IMG/VR virus record: IMGVR_UViG_3300030332_001059
Location: 1 to 46,429 of that record
Length of the DNA: 46,429 bases
Source: a virus
Lineage: Duplodnaviria > Caudoviricetes
Direction: 5' to 3' (one strand)
A program made the position numbers and the translations under genes. The first letter of the stretch is position 1, and every line of letters begins with the position of its first letter. Under the pieces are notes generated by a model. The model searched no databases. It had not been told where the DNA came from and saw only the letters and a list, made by a program, of their open reading frames with translations. This document shows, one piece after another, positions 1 through 8,407 of the stretch.

Positions 1-98
1 GGTCAGTCCAACGACCACGGCGCCGATAGGGCCGCCAACCAAAGCCAGCGCGCCACGGACGACGGCGATTCCGGCAGCGAGTGCCCTTGCGCCAAGGG
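1..98. repeat. Terminal direct repeat, copy 1 (circular assembly overlap)
   Basis: Bases 1-98 are identical to 46331-46428, and the tape measure frame is continuous across the junction. Confidence 0.95.
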
Positions 99-1428
99 TG
101 GCCGCCGCAGTTGCGGCAGTAGCGCGCGCAGTGGCAGCTGCTTTCGCGGTCTGTGAGGCGGCAGTTGCGGCAGTGGCGCCAGCAAGCGCGGTTTCAGTGG
201 TGGCCAACAGTCTGTTGGCTGATGCCAGTGATGCGCTTGCGGCAACCATGCGCTGAATCGTGGCGGCCCGGCCCTGTTCGGTAATCTGCGCTCGGAGTCG
301 GACTTTCTCCAACTCAACCTCTGCCCGCACGGAAGCCACCACAGCGCGGACGCTGTTGACCTCTGCCGCCGCCTTGACCTCTGAGGCGCGGGCAGATGCA
401 AGCGATGCGGCAGCGCTGGCGGCTTCTCTCTGGGCATTCTCAACAAGCGCGGCTGAGTGCGCGCGCGTCACTGCCGAAGCCTGCGCGAAGGCGACGCCCG
501 ATCCGATGACCGAAGAGGACAACCGCCCCAACCCTACCCCGGCCGCTGCCACCGTGACGACAGCCAGCGCGTTGATGACAAGGCCAAGGTTCTCGGCAAG
601 CGCCGCCAGCGAGCCCCCCAACGCTGCCGAAACACCACGCGCTTGATCCGCTTCGCCGATGAATTTCAGAACCGCGTTGCTCACCTGCGTGAACCCGCGT
701 TCAATCGTGATCGGCATGCGCGAGAATTCTTCCTCGACGGCCTGCGCCTGACTCTCAAGCGCTGCGATCATCCGTTGGACGGTGATTTCGCCGTCGTTGA
801 CTTGCTGACGCAGTGCGCCAATACCAATGCCCAAGCCATCGGCCAGCGCCTGCGCAAGCCGGGGGCTGTTTTCGATGACTGAGTTAAATTCCTCGGCCCG
901 CAGCACGCCGCCCGCGAAGGCTTGCGTCAACTGCGTGATGGCGTTCGCCTGATTGGCGGCAGCCGTGCCCGACACCGCAAACGTCTGGTTGATCGTCTCG
1001 GTGATGGCGAGGATGCGGGCCTGTTCAATGCCGTACTCAGCCGTCGACCGGGTAATTCGGGCATACAGGTTCGTGGTGCTGGCCAGCGCCGTGCTGGTGC
1101 GCTGCGAGATGGCGAACACCTCAGCACTTGCCGCCGCGAACGCTTCCTGTCCGTTGGTCGCCAGACGAATTTGCGTCGTCATGTTGGCGTACTGATCGGC
1201 GATGCGAGACAGCGCCTGGATGCCTTGAATCGATGCAAAGGCGCCCACGAAGCCGACGACAGCATTGCGCACGCCGAAGAACGACCGCTCCAGCTTCGCG
1301 TTCTCACGCTCAAGCCGCTGCGTTGCGGTTTCGGTCTTGCGAGTGGTGCCAGACAGTCGGTCAAGGTCTCGCGTCGCAGTGCGGACGCTACTGGAGTCCG
1401 CGCGGAATCCAAGTTCAGCGATGTCCAT
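1..1428 (-). CDS. Tape measure protein, N-terminal part (continues at 46330 down to 42923; about 1611 aa in total)
   Basis: ATG at 1428 after GGAGG gives MDIAELGFRADSSSV... It contains the tape-measure motif AITQLTQAFAGGVLRAEEFNSVIENSPRLAQALA. It is in frame with ORF 42923..46372 and is missing from the ORF track because it runs off the window edge. Confidence 0.92.
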   Translation of the reverse strand, partial: MDIAELGFRADSSSVRTATRDLDRLSGTTRKTETATQRLERENAKLERSFFGVRNAVVGFVGAFASIQGIQALSRIADQYANMTTQIRLATNGQEAFAAASAEVFAISQRTSTALASTTNLYARITRSTAEYGIEQARILAITETINQTFAVSGTAAANQANAITQLTQAFAGGVLRAEEFNSVIENSPRLAQALADGLGIGIGALRQQVNDGEITVQRMIAALESQAQAVEEEFSRMPITIERGFTQVSNAVLKFIGEADQARGVSAALGGSLAALAENLGLVINALAVVTVAAAGVGLGRLSSSVIGSGVAFAQASAVTRAHSAALVENAQREAASAAASLASARASEVKAAAEVNSVRAVVASVRAEVELEKVRLRAQITEQGRAATIQRMVAASASLASANRLLATTETALAGATAATAASQTAKAAATARATAATAAATLGARALAAGIAVVRGALALVGGPIGAVVVGLT

Positions 1429-1809
1429 TCATCTACCTCCCTTGGGTTCCGGTTGGGCTTGCTTTCTGTTGCTTGATTGCTCGTTGCTGACGGCATGCCG
1501 ATAGGCGCTGTCCATCGCAATGAGCATCGATACTTCGTCGTTACTGACCGGCGTTCCGGTGAGCCGCGACCACGATTCAATCTCGCCCCATGACAGGGGC
1601 TCCGGCCCGCTGTGGCGCTGGTTTGATAGTTCGTGGAAGTGGTCCCAGACGTGCGTCACCACGTCCGGGATTTCAGGCTCATCAGGGGTCCGCGTCTTGA
1701 AGCGCTCGTTGCGCTCTCGGCGCGAAATCCCGTCTGATCCGAGGATCGAATACCGAACGTGGTGTTCGACGGCCTCGATCAGGGCTTCGGTCAGTTCTCC
1801 AAAAAACCC
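1429..1809 (-). CDS. Tail assembly chaperone, frameshifted C-terminal extension (lambda gpGT-like)
   Basis: The -1 frame is open from the slippery site GGGTTTT (1809-1803) through ORF 1429..1662 (VWDHFHELSNQRHSGPEPLSWGEIESWSRLTG). It lies directly upstream of the tape measure gene. Confidence 0.8.
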   Translation of the reverse strand, partial: GFFGELTEALIEAVEHHVRYSILGSDGISRRERNERFKTRTPDEPEIPDVVTHVWDHFHELSNQRHSGPEPLSWGEIESWSRLTGTPVSNDEVSMLIAMDSAYRHAVSNEQSSNRKQAQPEPKGGR

Positions 1810-2168
1810 GCGATGTCGCCAAGGTCTGCGTCAACCTGATCGCTGACGATTGGGTTGCTCAAAACCTCGCGGACGTTTTCTTCGGTGAAATCGAGCTTCT
1901 TTCCGCCCCAGTTGGAGTCGCCGTTCCATTCCCAGCTCTCCACGCACGCGATGTGGATTTCGAGGGTCTGGTTCTCAAGCTGCTCCGACGTGACCTTGAA
2001 TTTCCGGCTCGCCAAGCGCTTGTTCTGGATGTCGTGCTTCACTTTCTTGACCTTGCGGTCAGTTAGCGGGCGCAGGTTCAGGACAAGGCCGGTCGGCTCA
2101 TCAGTGCCGGGGTGCAAAATCTTGAGCGGGCGGGTTGAAACAGGGGTGAAAGCTGCGGAAATATCCAT
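1791..2168 (-). CDS. Tail assembly chaperone (gpG-like)
   Basis: Lies between tail tube and tape measure; GAGGA RBS before ATG 2168; ends GCG GGT TTT TTG GAG AAC TGA, which includes the slippery heptamer. Confidence 0.85.
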   Translation of the reverse strand: MDISAAFTPVSTRPLKILHPGTDEPTGLVLNLRPLTDRKVKKVKHDIQNKRLASRKFKVTSEQLENQTLEIHIACVESWEWNGDSNWGGKKLDFTEENVREVLSNPIVSDQVDADLGDIAGFLEN

Positions 2169-2270
2169 TAGTTGATCCTCATCTGATCGATCCAAATGAA
2201 TCCACCGGCCAGGGGGCGGATCAGGTCCCTTTTCGCCCTCATGAGGGCTAGGCCGACGGAAGGGGTGGCG

Positions 2271-2729
2271 TTAAGCCGAAACGGTCGCTTCGAGGAACTG
2301 ATTCACGCCGACGGTAAACACCGATCGGATGAAGTCCTCATTGCCGCCGCCCGGATAGACCGGACCGGCAACCGGGCCGCGCAGGTAGTGCACGGCGCCG
2401 TTCGGCAGATCGAGCTTGAAGGCGTAAGAGTCGCGCACGGCTGGCTGGCCAGCAGCCTTGAAGGCGACCTGCCCGGCGTCCACCAGGTCAACGGCGCATT
2501 CGATCGTGAAGCTGCCGCCGTCGGTCTGGCCTTTGGCCTTGAGAGTCAACGCGCGTGCCAGCACGGGGTAATTCACCATGTTGGTTTCGTTGCCGTACTG
2601 GCCAATCGTTCCGACGTTGGCGATCTCGGTGTAGCTCAGCCCCTCGAACGCGGCTTCGTTGATGTCAACGTTCTGCGCGACGGTGGAGATTGAGACGGTT
2701 GCATTCAGGTAAGTAGTAGGGTCAGCCAT
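2271..2729 (-). CDS. Major tail tube protein
   Basis: 152 aa, beta-rich, with TLKAKGQTDGG and DAGQVAFKAA motifs typical of siphovirus tail tubes; position upstream of the chaperone and tape measure genes. Confidence 0.85.
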   Translation of the reverse strand: MADPTTYLNATVSISTVAQNVDINEAAFEGLSYTEIANVGTIGQYGNETNMVNYPVLARALTLKAKGQTDGGSFTIECAVDLVDAGQVAFKAAGQPAVRDSYAFKLDLPNGAVHYLRGPVAGPVYPGGGNEDFIRSVFTVGVNQFLEATVSA

Positions 2730-2748
2730 TGGGGTTCCTCACGGGCAT

Positions 2749-2798
2749 AAAAAAACCCGCTGAGAGCGGGCGAAAAAAAACCCGCCGAGGGGCGGGTT
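2749..2798 (-). terminator. Two tandem intrinsic terminators
   Basis: Hairpins CCCGCT-GAG-AGCGGG (2756-2770) and CCCGCC-GAGG-GGCGGG (2781-2796), each followed by a 7-8 nt U tract on the minus strand. Confidence 0.75.
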
Positions 2799-2823
2799 GC
2801 GGTTACCGGCTGAGCCGGATTGG

Positions 2824-3018
2824 TTAGAGCTTCTTGATCAGCTCGATTGCCTGTTCAGGGGTGAAGCCTTCTTTCAGGTAGGCGTCGTAATGGGCGCGTT
2901 TCAGCTTCGCGATCATGGTTGCGTTCTCGATCAGCGCGGGCAGCTTCCGGCGCAGTTCTTCGCCGGCGGCGAGTATCGCATCAGGCTTTGTCGGCAGTTG
3001 GTGAATCTTGTCTGTCAT
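2824..3018 (-). CDS. Small hypothetical protein (64 aa)
   Basis: MTDKIHQLP...YDAYLKEGFTPEQAIELIKKL; ATGA overlap with the upstream glycosyltransferase. Confidence 0.75.
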   Translation of the reverse strand: MTDKIHQLPTKPDAILAAGEELRRKLPALIENATMIAKLKRAHYDAYLKEGFTPEQAIELIKKL

Positions 3019-3620
3019 GCGTGCATCCTTCGGGCCGCCACTTTGCGGTAATCCCATCCTACATCGCGTGGCCTGGGCTGGCCGTGGAAACAAATGACGC
3101 GGGCCTTGCGGCGGTCGCCTTGAATCTTTGCCGACTGCGCCTCAACACCGAACCGATCAGCCTCGACGTGCGTCTGAATGAAGCCCTGATCGCCCCAGCA
3201 TTGCCGGGTGGTGCAGCGGGCCATCCAACGCTCAGGCGCTTTTGAAAACTCGGCATACAGATGCGACATTCCGCCGCGCCACGCCATCACGCCGGAACCG
3301 ATGCCCTCATTCGGGCGGTAGAAGTCAGGCAGCGCCGTGAATTGATCCCGAAACAGCGGCGCGATGTCACCGACGATGACGGTGTCAAGGTCCAAATACA
3401 GAACATGACCGCGAAACACGCTGGGCCGGAACAGTTCGATCTTTGACCACCAGCCCGGCCAGTCGTGACGCAGCGGAATCCGCTTGCATGGCACGGCGCA
3501 GTCCGACAGGCAAACCAGCCGGACGCCCGGTGAATGCTTCTCAAGGTCCGCTTTGATGCGCTCCACATAGTCGGCACCGTAATGACCGCCAGACCGCAAT
3601 ACCGTCGCTACGGTGTGCAT
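3015..3620 (-). CDS. GT-A fold glycosyltransferase (GT8-like)
   Basis: Motifs WWSKIELF, YLDLDTVI (DxD), GSGVMAW, WGDQGFI and ICFHGQPRP; likely start ATG 3620. Confidence 0.82.
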   Translation of the reverse strand: MHTVATVLRSGGHYGADYVERIKADLEKHSPGVRLVCLSDCAVPCKRIPLRHDWPGWWSKIELFRPSVFRGHVLYLDLDTVIVGDIAPLFRDQFTALPDFYRPNEGIGSGVMAWRGGMSHLYAEFSKAPERWMARCTTRQCWGDQGFIQTHVEADRFGVEAQSAKIQGDRRKARVICFHGQPRPRDVGWDYRKVAARRMHA

Positions 3621-4165
3621 TTTGCGATGACGTACTTTGTTTCGCCGGGTTTGATCTCGACGGAACCGAAATGCCGCTGCAATGCAGCAACCCACCAGTT
3701 CGTTGGCTTGACGGTCAGGTGCAGATGCTCCCCGATCCCCTTGCCCATGTGGCACTCAAACAGTGCGATCTGGAAGAAGGCGCATCGGGCCGTGCGAAGT
3801 GCGATGCCCTTCAGGCAGTCGCTCACATGCTCAGGCGGGATGTGCTCCATCACGTCGCAGCAAAACCCGTAGTCGAACGTGCCGAATGCGGGCATGTCCC
3901 ACAGCGTGCCGATGACCTTCGGGCCGTCGAACTCGGTGATGGCATTCTCGGCAATGTCGAATGCAGTCACCCGCAAGCCATGATCGGCCAGCCACTGCGA
4001 CGCCCGGCCAGTACCGGCGCCGTAGTCGCAAAGGGTCTGACCTTCCCGCATGCCCATCCAATCAAACGCGGTCGCCACCAGCCGGAAGCCGGGCGAGCGT
4101 TCGCGATATGCAGGCTGCGCCCACATCTTTTCGTACTTGGCGCGCTCTGCGTTCAAATGATCCAT
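3608..4165 (-). CDS. Class I SAM-dependent methyltransferase
   Basis: Motif I LCDYGAGTG, then VTAFDIA and FDYGFCCDVMEHIP; small-molecule/glycan type rather than DNA MTase. Confidence 0.88.
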   Translation of the reverse strand: MDHLNAERAKYEKMWAQPAYRERSPGFRLVATAFDWMGMREGQTLCDYGAGTGRASQWLADHGLRVTAFDIAENAITEFDGPKVIGTLWDMPAFGTFDYGFCCDVMEHIPPEHVSDCLKGIALRTARCAFFQIALFECHMGKGIGEHLHLTVKPTNWWVAALQRHFGSVEIKPGETKYVIAKCTP

Positions 4166-4734
4166 TCGGGCACCTTTGCGGGGTCAATTTTTGGGAAACA
4201 GGTGACGCGGCTCCATGGGCTCGCGTTCACCACTTCAATTCCAGCGCCCCGCAGTTGCGGCAATGCGCTCTCGAACAACATCGACAGATGCGCCAGGCTG
4301 CGCGTCATCTTCCCATCAATTCGCGGCTGATCATCGGCGTCCACTCCGCACAAGACAATCCGCTTCGGCCTCATGTGGTACGCCAGACCCAGCGCACCGT
4401 AGGCGCTGTTGCCGGTGTGGATCGCGCCGGGGTCTTCGCTCAGACCAAGTTTTGCCGACCATCTCCACCGCCACCATTCTGGACTCGATTTGTCCGCAGG
4501 TTCCGCTCCGCGATGCGACACCCGGCGAACATGCCCAGGCTCGCCACACGCGATGTATTTCACCGCCGGGCGTTGCCGATCGAACCGCTGGCGATTCTCT
4601 TCGCTCATGTCGAGGGTGAACCACAAGTCAGCGCGGGGCAGCCAATCGATGGCGCCGTTGACCGCGATGATTGGCGCCTTGATCCGATCAAAGTCCACAA
4701 GCCGCGCGCTTTGTCCATTGGCGACGATCAGCAT
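4153..4734 (-). CDS. MAF/MptE-like (CstII-fold) putative glycosyltransferase, paralog 2
   Basis: IVANGQSA, IIAVNGA, TGNSAYGALGLA, RIVLCGVD and VVNASP; same motif series as 4728..5345. Confidence 0.65.
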   Translation of the reverse strand: MLIVANGQSARLVDFDRIKAPIIAVNGAIDWLPRADLWFTLDMSEENRQRFDRQRPAVKYIACGEPGHVRRVSHRGAEPADKSSPEWWRWRWSAKLGLSEDPGAIHTGNSAYGALGLAYHMRPKRIVLCGVDADDQPRIDGKMTRSLAHLSMLFESALPQLRGAGIEVVNASPWSRVTCFPKIDPAKVPEWII

Positions 4735-5345
4735 TTCAAGGCCTCAACCATCGGCATCCGCTCGAAACATTCCAGCGCCGTCCCCGTCGTGGCATTGATG
4801 ACGCTAACTCCCGCCTTTGCCATGTCATTCGCCAGCGGCTCGAAGTTGCGCCGCCATGCGTTGATGTGGCTCTCCGGCGCGCTGAGCATCCCTTCGTGCT
4901 CGCCGTGCCAGTGCCCGCCGTTCTTGCGGTGCATGTCGTAGCCCAGCAACACGATCCGTTTCGCGCCCATGTGCCAAGCCAGATTGATGGCCTGATACCC
5001 ACCGTTGCCGCCGGTGTTGATGTGGCCGGGCTCAGTGCAAAGGCCAGCGCCCTGCCCTCTCTCGATTCGGTTGATGCCGTATCGCAATTGCGCGGCACTG
5101 CTCAGGGTCCATTTCTGACCGGCGAACGCCTCGGCTGCGGTGCCGTAACGTGCCCACCACTGAAAATCGCAGGCGTACAGCACGTGCGCCCATGGGATCA
5201 GCTCCCACGTGTTGTTGATGACCATCACGCGCCACGACCGGAACCGGCGAAGGTGCGCGACATCGGTGTAAATCATGCTCGGACCAGATGCGCAGATCAC
5301 CCACCGATCACACTGCGGCAGTTCAGCGCGACCCGTGGGCGGCAT
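4728..5345 (-). CDS. MAF/MptE-like (CstII-fold) putative glycosyltransferase, paralog 1
   Basis: VICASGPSM, VMVINN, VLYACD, GNGGYQAINLA, RIVLLGYDM and VINAT; overlaps the end of the tail terminator gene. Confidence 0.68.
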   Translation of the reverse strand: MPPTGRAELPQCDRWVICASGPSMIYTDVAHLRRFRSWRVMVINNTWELIPWAHVLYACDFQWWARYGTAAEAFAGQKWTLSSAAQLRYGINRIERGQGAGLCTEPGHINTGGNGGYQAINLAWHMGAKRIVLLGYDMHRKNGGHWHGEHEGMLSAPESHINAWRRNFEPLANDMAKAGVSVINATTGTALECFERMPMVEALKC

Positions 5346-5733
5346 AGGGGATCGTGATGGGCAGCTTCACCCGCGCCGGTTCTTCGATCACAGCCGAAAC
5401 GTATGGCGGCCGGGACACATAGGCCGGGCCCAGCACGGTGCCGGTGTCGAAGTACGCGATCAGATCGCGCACAACGTCCATTGACGGATTAAGCCCGGCG
5501 CCGGGGCGGTTGCAGACCATCGCTTGGCAAAACCCGCGCAGGCTGATGACCTCGGACGCCTTCACGCCGTATTGGAGCGTCCGGTTCGGGAAATACTTGC
5601 ACTCAATCCAGATGCCTTCGTCCGGCGGCTCGCCACCGGTGCCGGAGTAGATGACCGGGATCGCCGGGCTGTAACCGGCTGCGAACGTCCCCGCCAACGT
5701 TGCAAAGGCATCCCAAACCGCATCGTCGTTCAT
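5323..5733 (-). CDS. Tail terminator-like protein
   Basis: 136 aa; last neck gene; C-terminal LPITIPY pattern typical of tail terminators. Confidence 0.7.
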   Translation of the reverse strand: MNDDAVWDAFATLAGTFAAGYSPAIPVIYSGTGGEPPDEGIWIECKYFPNRTLQYGVKASEVISLRGFCQAMVCNRPGAGLNPSMDVVRDLIAYFDTGTVLGPAYVSRPPYVSAVIEEPARVKLPITIPYAAHGSR

Positions 5734-6149
5734 CGGATGCGCGCCTTGGCTTCTTGGGTGACCTTTGCCACCGTGGGCCGCCAGTTCTGCGCGGCGGATC
5801 GTAGAAAGCCGTCCTGCGCCTCACGTGCCCGCGCGTACTCAGCTGACCACCCGAAAAAAATCGTGTCGCCAAGCTGCGCCCGGCCAATAGTGAGGGTCAC
5901 GCCATCGCCGAGAAAATCGAACGTCGCGCCCTCTTCAATCGGACGGCGCGGGCCGGTGGGCATGCCGGTCAATGATGCAGCACCGGAACCACGTAAAAAC
6001 CCGGTATCGACGCGCATCTTCCCGCCCTTGGCAACCGGCGTTTGGGCTTCCTCAATCGTGCGTTGTACCGATTCGCGGAAAATGGCCAGGGCGCGCTTTC
6101 TGCACTTGAGCGCCCATGCGTCGGCAACCGCTGATGCTTGTTTGGCCAT
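5730..6149 (-). CDS. HK97 gp10-like neck/tail completion protein
   Basis: MRVDTGFLRGS and YARARE...GFLRSAAQNW motifs. Confidence 0.8.
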   Translation of the reverse strand: MAKQASAVADAWALKCRKRALAIFRESVQRTIEEAQTPVAKGGKMRVDTGFLRGSGAASLTGMPTGPRRPIEEGATFDFLGDGVTLTIGRAQLGDTIFFGWSAEYARAREAQDGFLRSAAQNWRPTVAKVTQEAKARIR

Positions 6150-6150
6150 G

Positions 6151-7179
6151 TCAGGTTGCCTCCCCTATCCAGTCAACGCGGGTTTGCGACATGCAGCGGC
6201 ACTGAATCACCTCGGCTGCACCGGCACCCAGTGACGTATCGCCGGGGAACATCAGCATCGCGCCGGATGGGCTGCGAAATGGCTCGCCCTGTTTCTGGCG
6301 CTGGCCATCCATGGCGATGTGCGTGTCACGGGTGCGGCCATCGCCGGACGTGCTCCACTCTTTCAGCACCGAGTCGGCCCGAAACAGACCTTCTTGGATG
6401 CCCTGCTCATAAACCTCATTCCGAGCCGCGTTGAACGCGCTCAGCGACTCAGTGCGGGCGATGGTCTCGCCGCGCAATGCCAACAGGCGATCCGAGTAAC
6501 GCCCGACGATGCGATCAACGTCGGCAGCCTTCACCGGCTTCCCGGCATCAATCGCCCGTTGCACGATGCTGTCAAAGCGACGATCACGCCGGACGCGCTC
6601 AAAATACTGGCGCATCTGCTCCGGATCGCCGCTCAGCAACTGCGCCCTTGCGTTCACCACGTACTGCGCCTGTGGGCCACTCAGGCCGACGATGCCGCCC
6701 GACCTGCGGCCAGTCTGTCGGCTGATGCGCCCAACGATGTCAAGGGCCGTCTGGCGCGGATTGCGGCCTATCTCCGTGCCACGTGCCACTGCCGCCCGAA
6801 TGCCGTCCCGTTGACCGGCCGCAATGTCCACCACCAAGCGGCTGGACTCAGTGCGCAGCCACGTTTCCGCCCGCGTGTTGCGGACATCAAAGCGGATCGC
6901 GGCACGGCCCAAACCACGGGGCGGACGCAACGAACCGGCCTCAATCGTTCCGCCGGTCACGTACACGCCCCGGATTGATTCGAGCAACTGCGACAAGTCC
7001 GCCTCGCTGAATTGCAGGGCGGTGATGACCCCGGCGATGTTGCCGACCGAGATCAGCGACTCCACCTCCGCAATGCTTGCCGCTCCGACCAAGCGCTGCA
7101 CCTCGGCCAGATAGGCGCGGGCAACGGTTGGCTCTAGGCGCTCAAGCTCAGCAACCAACTGGCGCGCGGATTTGTTCAC
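6151..7179 (-). CDS. Minor head protein (SPP1 gp7 / Mu gpF family)
   Basis: C-terminal TIARTE...KEWSTSGDGRTRDTHIAMDG...MFPGD...IQCRC signature. Confidence 0.88.
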   Translation of the reverse strand: MNKSARQLVAELERLEPTVARAYLAEVQRLVGAASIAEVESLISVGNIAGVITALQFSEADLSQLLESIRGVYVTGGTIEAGSLRPPRGLGRAAIRFDVRNTRAETWLRTESSRLVVDIAAGQRDGIRAAVARGTEIGRNPRQTALDIVGRISRQTGRRSGGIVGLSGPQAQYVVNARAQLLSGDPEQMRQYFERVRRDRRFDSIVQRAIDAGKPVKAADVDRIVGRYSDRLLALRGETIARTESLSAFNAARNEVYEQGIQEGLFRADSVLKEWSTSGDGRTRDTHIAMDGQRQKQGEPFRSPSGAMLMFPGDTSLGAGAAEVIQCRCMSQTRVDWIGEAT

Positions 7180-7526
7180 ACCCGCGCGAGAAATTCGTAA
7201 AGCAGAACCGTGCCGCCGGGGTTCAGCGGCATCACCTCTGCGAAGTTGTACCGGGCGCCGTCGATCACGATCTTGTCTTTCGTGTCCGGGACAATTGCAA
7301 TGGTGGTTGAGATCAGGCCCATCTTGTCGCCGACCTGAATCAGCGTTTCCGAGATCAGCGACAGCTTGTAACCGGCCTCTACGATCTGGCAGGGGTACGG
7401 GTCGTCAGTAATGACCGGCGCATGTGCCGGGCCTGTCTTGACCAAGCGAACGACGGTGGCGGCCTTTCCATAAGTGCTGATCAGGCGTTGCGCCGTGGCG
7501 TTCAGGCGGTCGTAGAAAGCGCTCAT
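7176..7526 (-). CDS. Head closure / head-tail joining protein
   Basis: 116 aa, FYDRLNATAQRLISTYG...LIQVGDK...PGGTVLLY; position in the neck module. Confidence 0.72.
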   Translation of the reverse strand: MSAFYDRLNATAQRLISTYGKAATVVRLVKTGPAHAPVITDDPYPCQIVEAGYKLSLISETLIQVGDKMGLISTTIAIVPDTKDKIVIDGARYNFAEVMPLNPGGTVLLYEFLARV

Positions 7527-8038
7527 ACCACCGTGATGCCGGGCAGTTCGTAGGGGCGAAACAGCAGCGGCGCAAGAAGCTCATCGATCACCGCAACAAC
7601 GGGCCGGTTCGGCGTGCTGTTGGCACTGACCGCGCTTGATGCGTACTGCACCTCTACCGGCCCGACCTTTTCCTTCGTCACCTGCGAGGCTGCGACGTAA
7701 TCAGGCGAAAGGCTGCCGGGCGTGGCCGCTTCACGCAGTGCTGCCTCATAGGCTGCGTGCTGCACTTCTTCGGGGATTTCGTCCGGCTCGATTTCAAGCC
7801 CTTCGTAGTCGGTCGCACCAGTGCGCGGCCATTCACGCGCCTGTGCCCGCCCGCCGGTCTTCACGCCCCGGAACATGGACTGCCAACGCCCGGACATCAG
7901 GCGCCAGCGGTAACGGCCGTCCACGTAATCCGACCCACGAACGAGTGCGGCGGTCTTGGCAGGTTCCGTCAGCGCCGCCCACGCGGCATTGGCCCGCGCG
8001 AGATGGTAAGCATCAGCCCCAGCAAGATCGCCGTACAC
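7523..8038 (-). CDS. Head-tail adaptor (DnaT-like family)
   Basis: ADAYHLAR, QAREWPR and KEKVGPVEVQY motifs; position after the capsid gene. Confidence 0.78.
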   Translation of the reverse strand: MYGDLAGADAYHLARANAAWAALTEPAKTAALVRGSDYVDGRYRWRLMSGRWQSMFRGVKTGGRAQAREWPRTGATDYEGLEIEPDEIPEEVQHAAYEAALREAATPGSLSPDYVAASQVTKEKVGPVEVQYASSAVSANSTPNRPVVAVIDELLAPLLFRPYELPGITVV

Positions 8039-8040
8039 GA

Positions 8041-8361
8041 TCAGGCTTCCGGTTCTTCTTCATCCGCCTCGGCCAATGCGGCCTTAAGGCTTTCCAGCGA
8101 ACTGCGTCGGTCTTTCTTGATGCCGCGCTCGGCCAGGGCGGCGAGAATCGCGCCCTTGTCGTCATCCACGGCAGCCTTGGGGGCAGCGACGGGGGCGGCT
8201 TCGGCCTCGACGATCAGAATGCGGGCCTTGACCCACGCGGCGACGACCTTGTTGTCCTTGACCGCGTTCCAGTTGTGCACGGACGTTTTCACGCCGGGAT
8301 CAAGAACCGTCCCGCCGGGCAGACCCAGCGGCGACTTGTGATTGTTGGTGATGATGGCCAT
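8041..8361 (-). CDS. Virion-associated protein with C-terminal HeH/LEM-like helical pair
   Basis: 106 aa; Ala-rich linker followed by ILAALAERGIKKDRRSSLESLKAAL. Confidence 0.65.
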   Translation of the reverse strand: MAIITNNHKSPLGLPGGTVLDPGVKTSVHNWNAVKDNKVVAAWVKARILIVEAEAAPVAAPKAAVDDDKGAILAALAERGIKKDRRSSLESLKAALAEADEEEPEA

Positions 8362-8379
8362 GTTCGATCCTTGTAAATG

Positions 8380-8402
8380 AAAAGCCCCGGAAAACCGGGG
8401 CT
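8380..8402 (-). terminator. Intrinsic terminator downstream of capsid/HNH
   Basis: AGCCCCGG-TTTT-CCGGGGCT followed by TTTCATTT on the minus strand. Confidence 0.75.
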
Positions 8403-8407
8403 CTGAA

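Noticed and set aside
1-98. Biological direct terminal repeat or att duplication
   Set aside because: It lies mid-gene in the tape measure and its length fits an assembler k-mer overlap.
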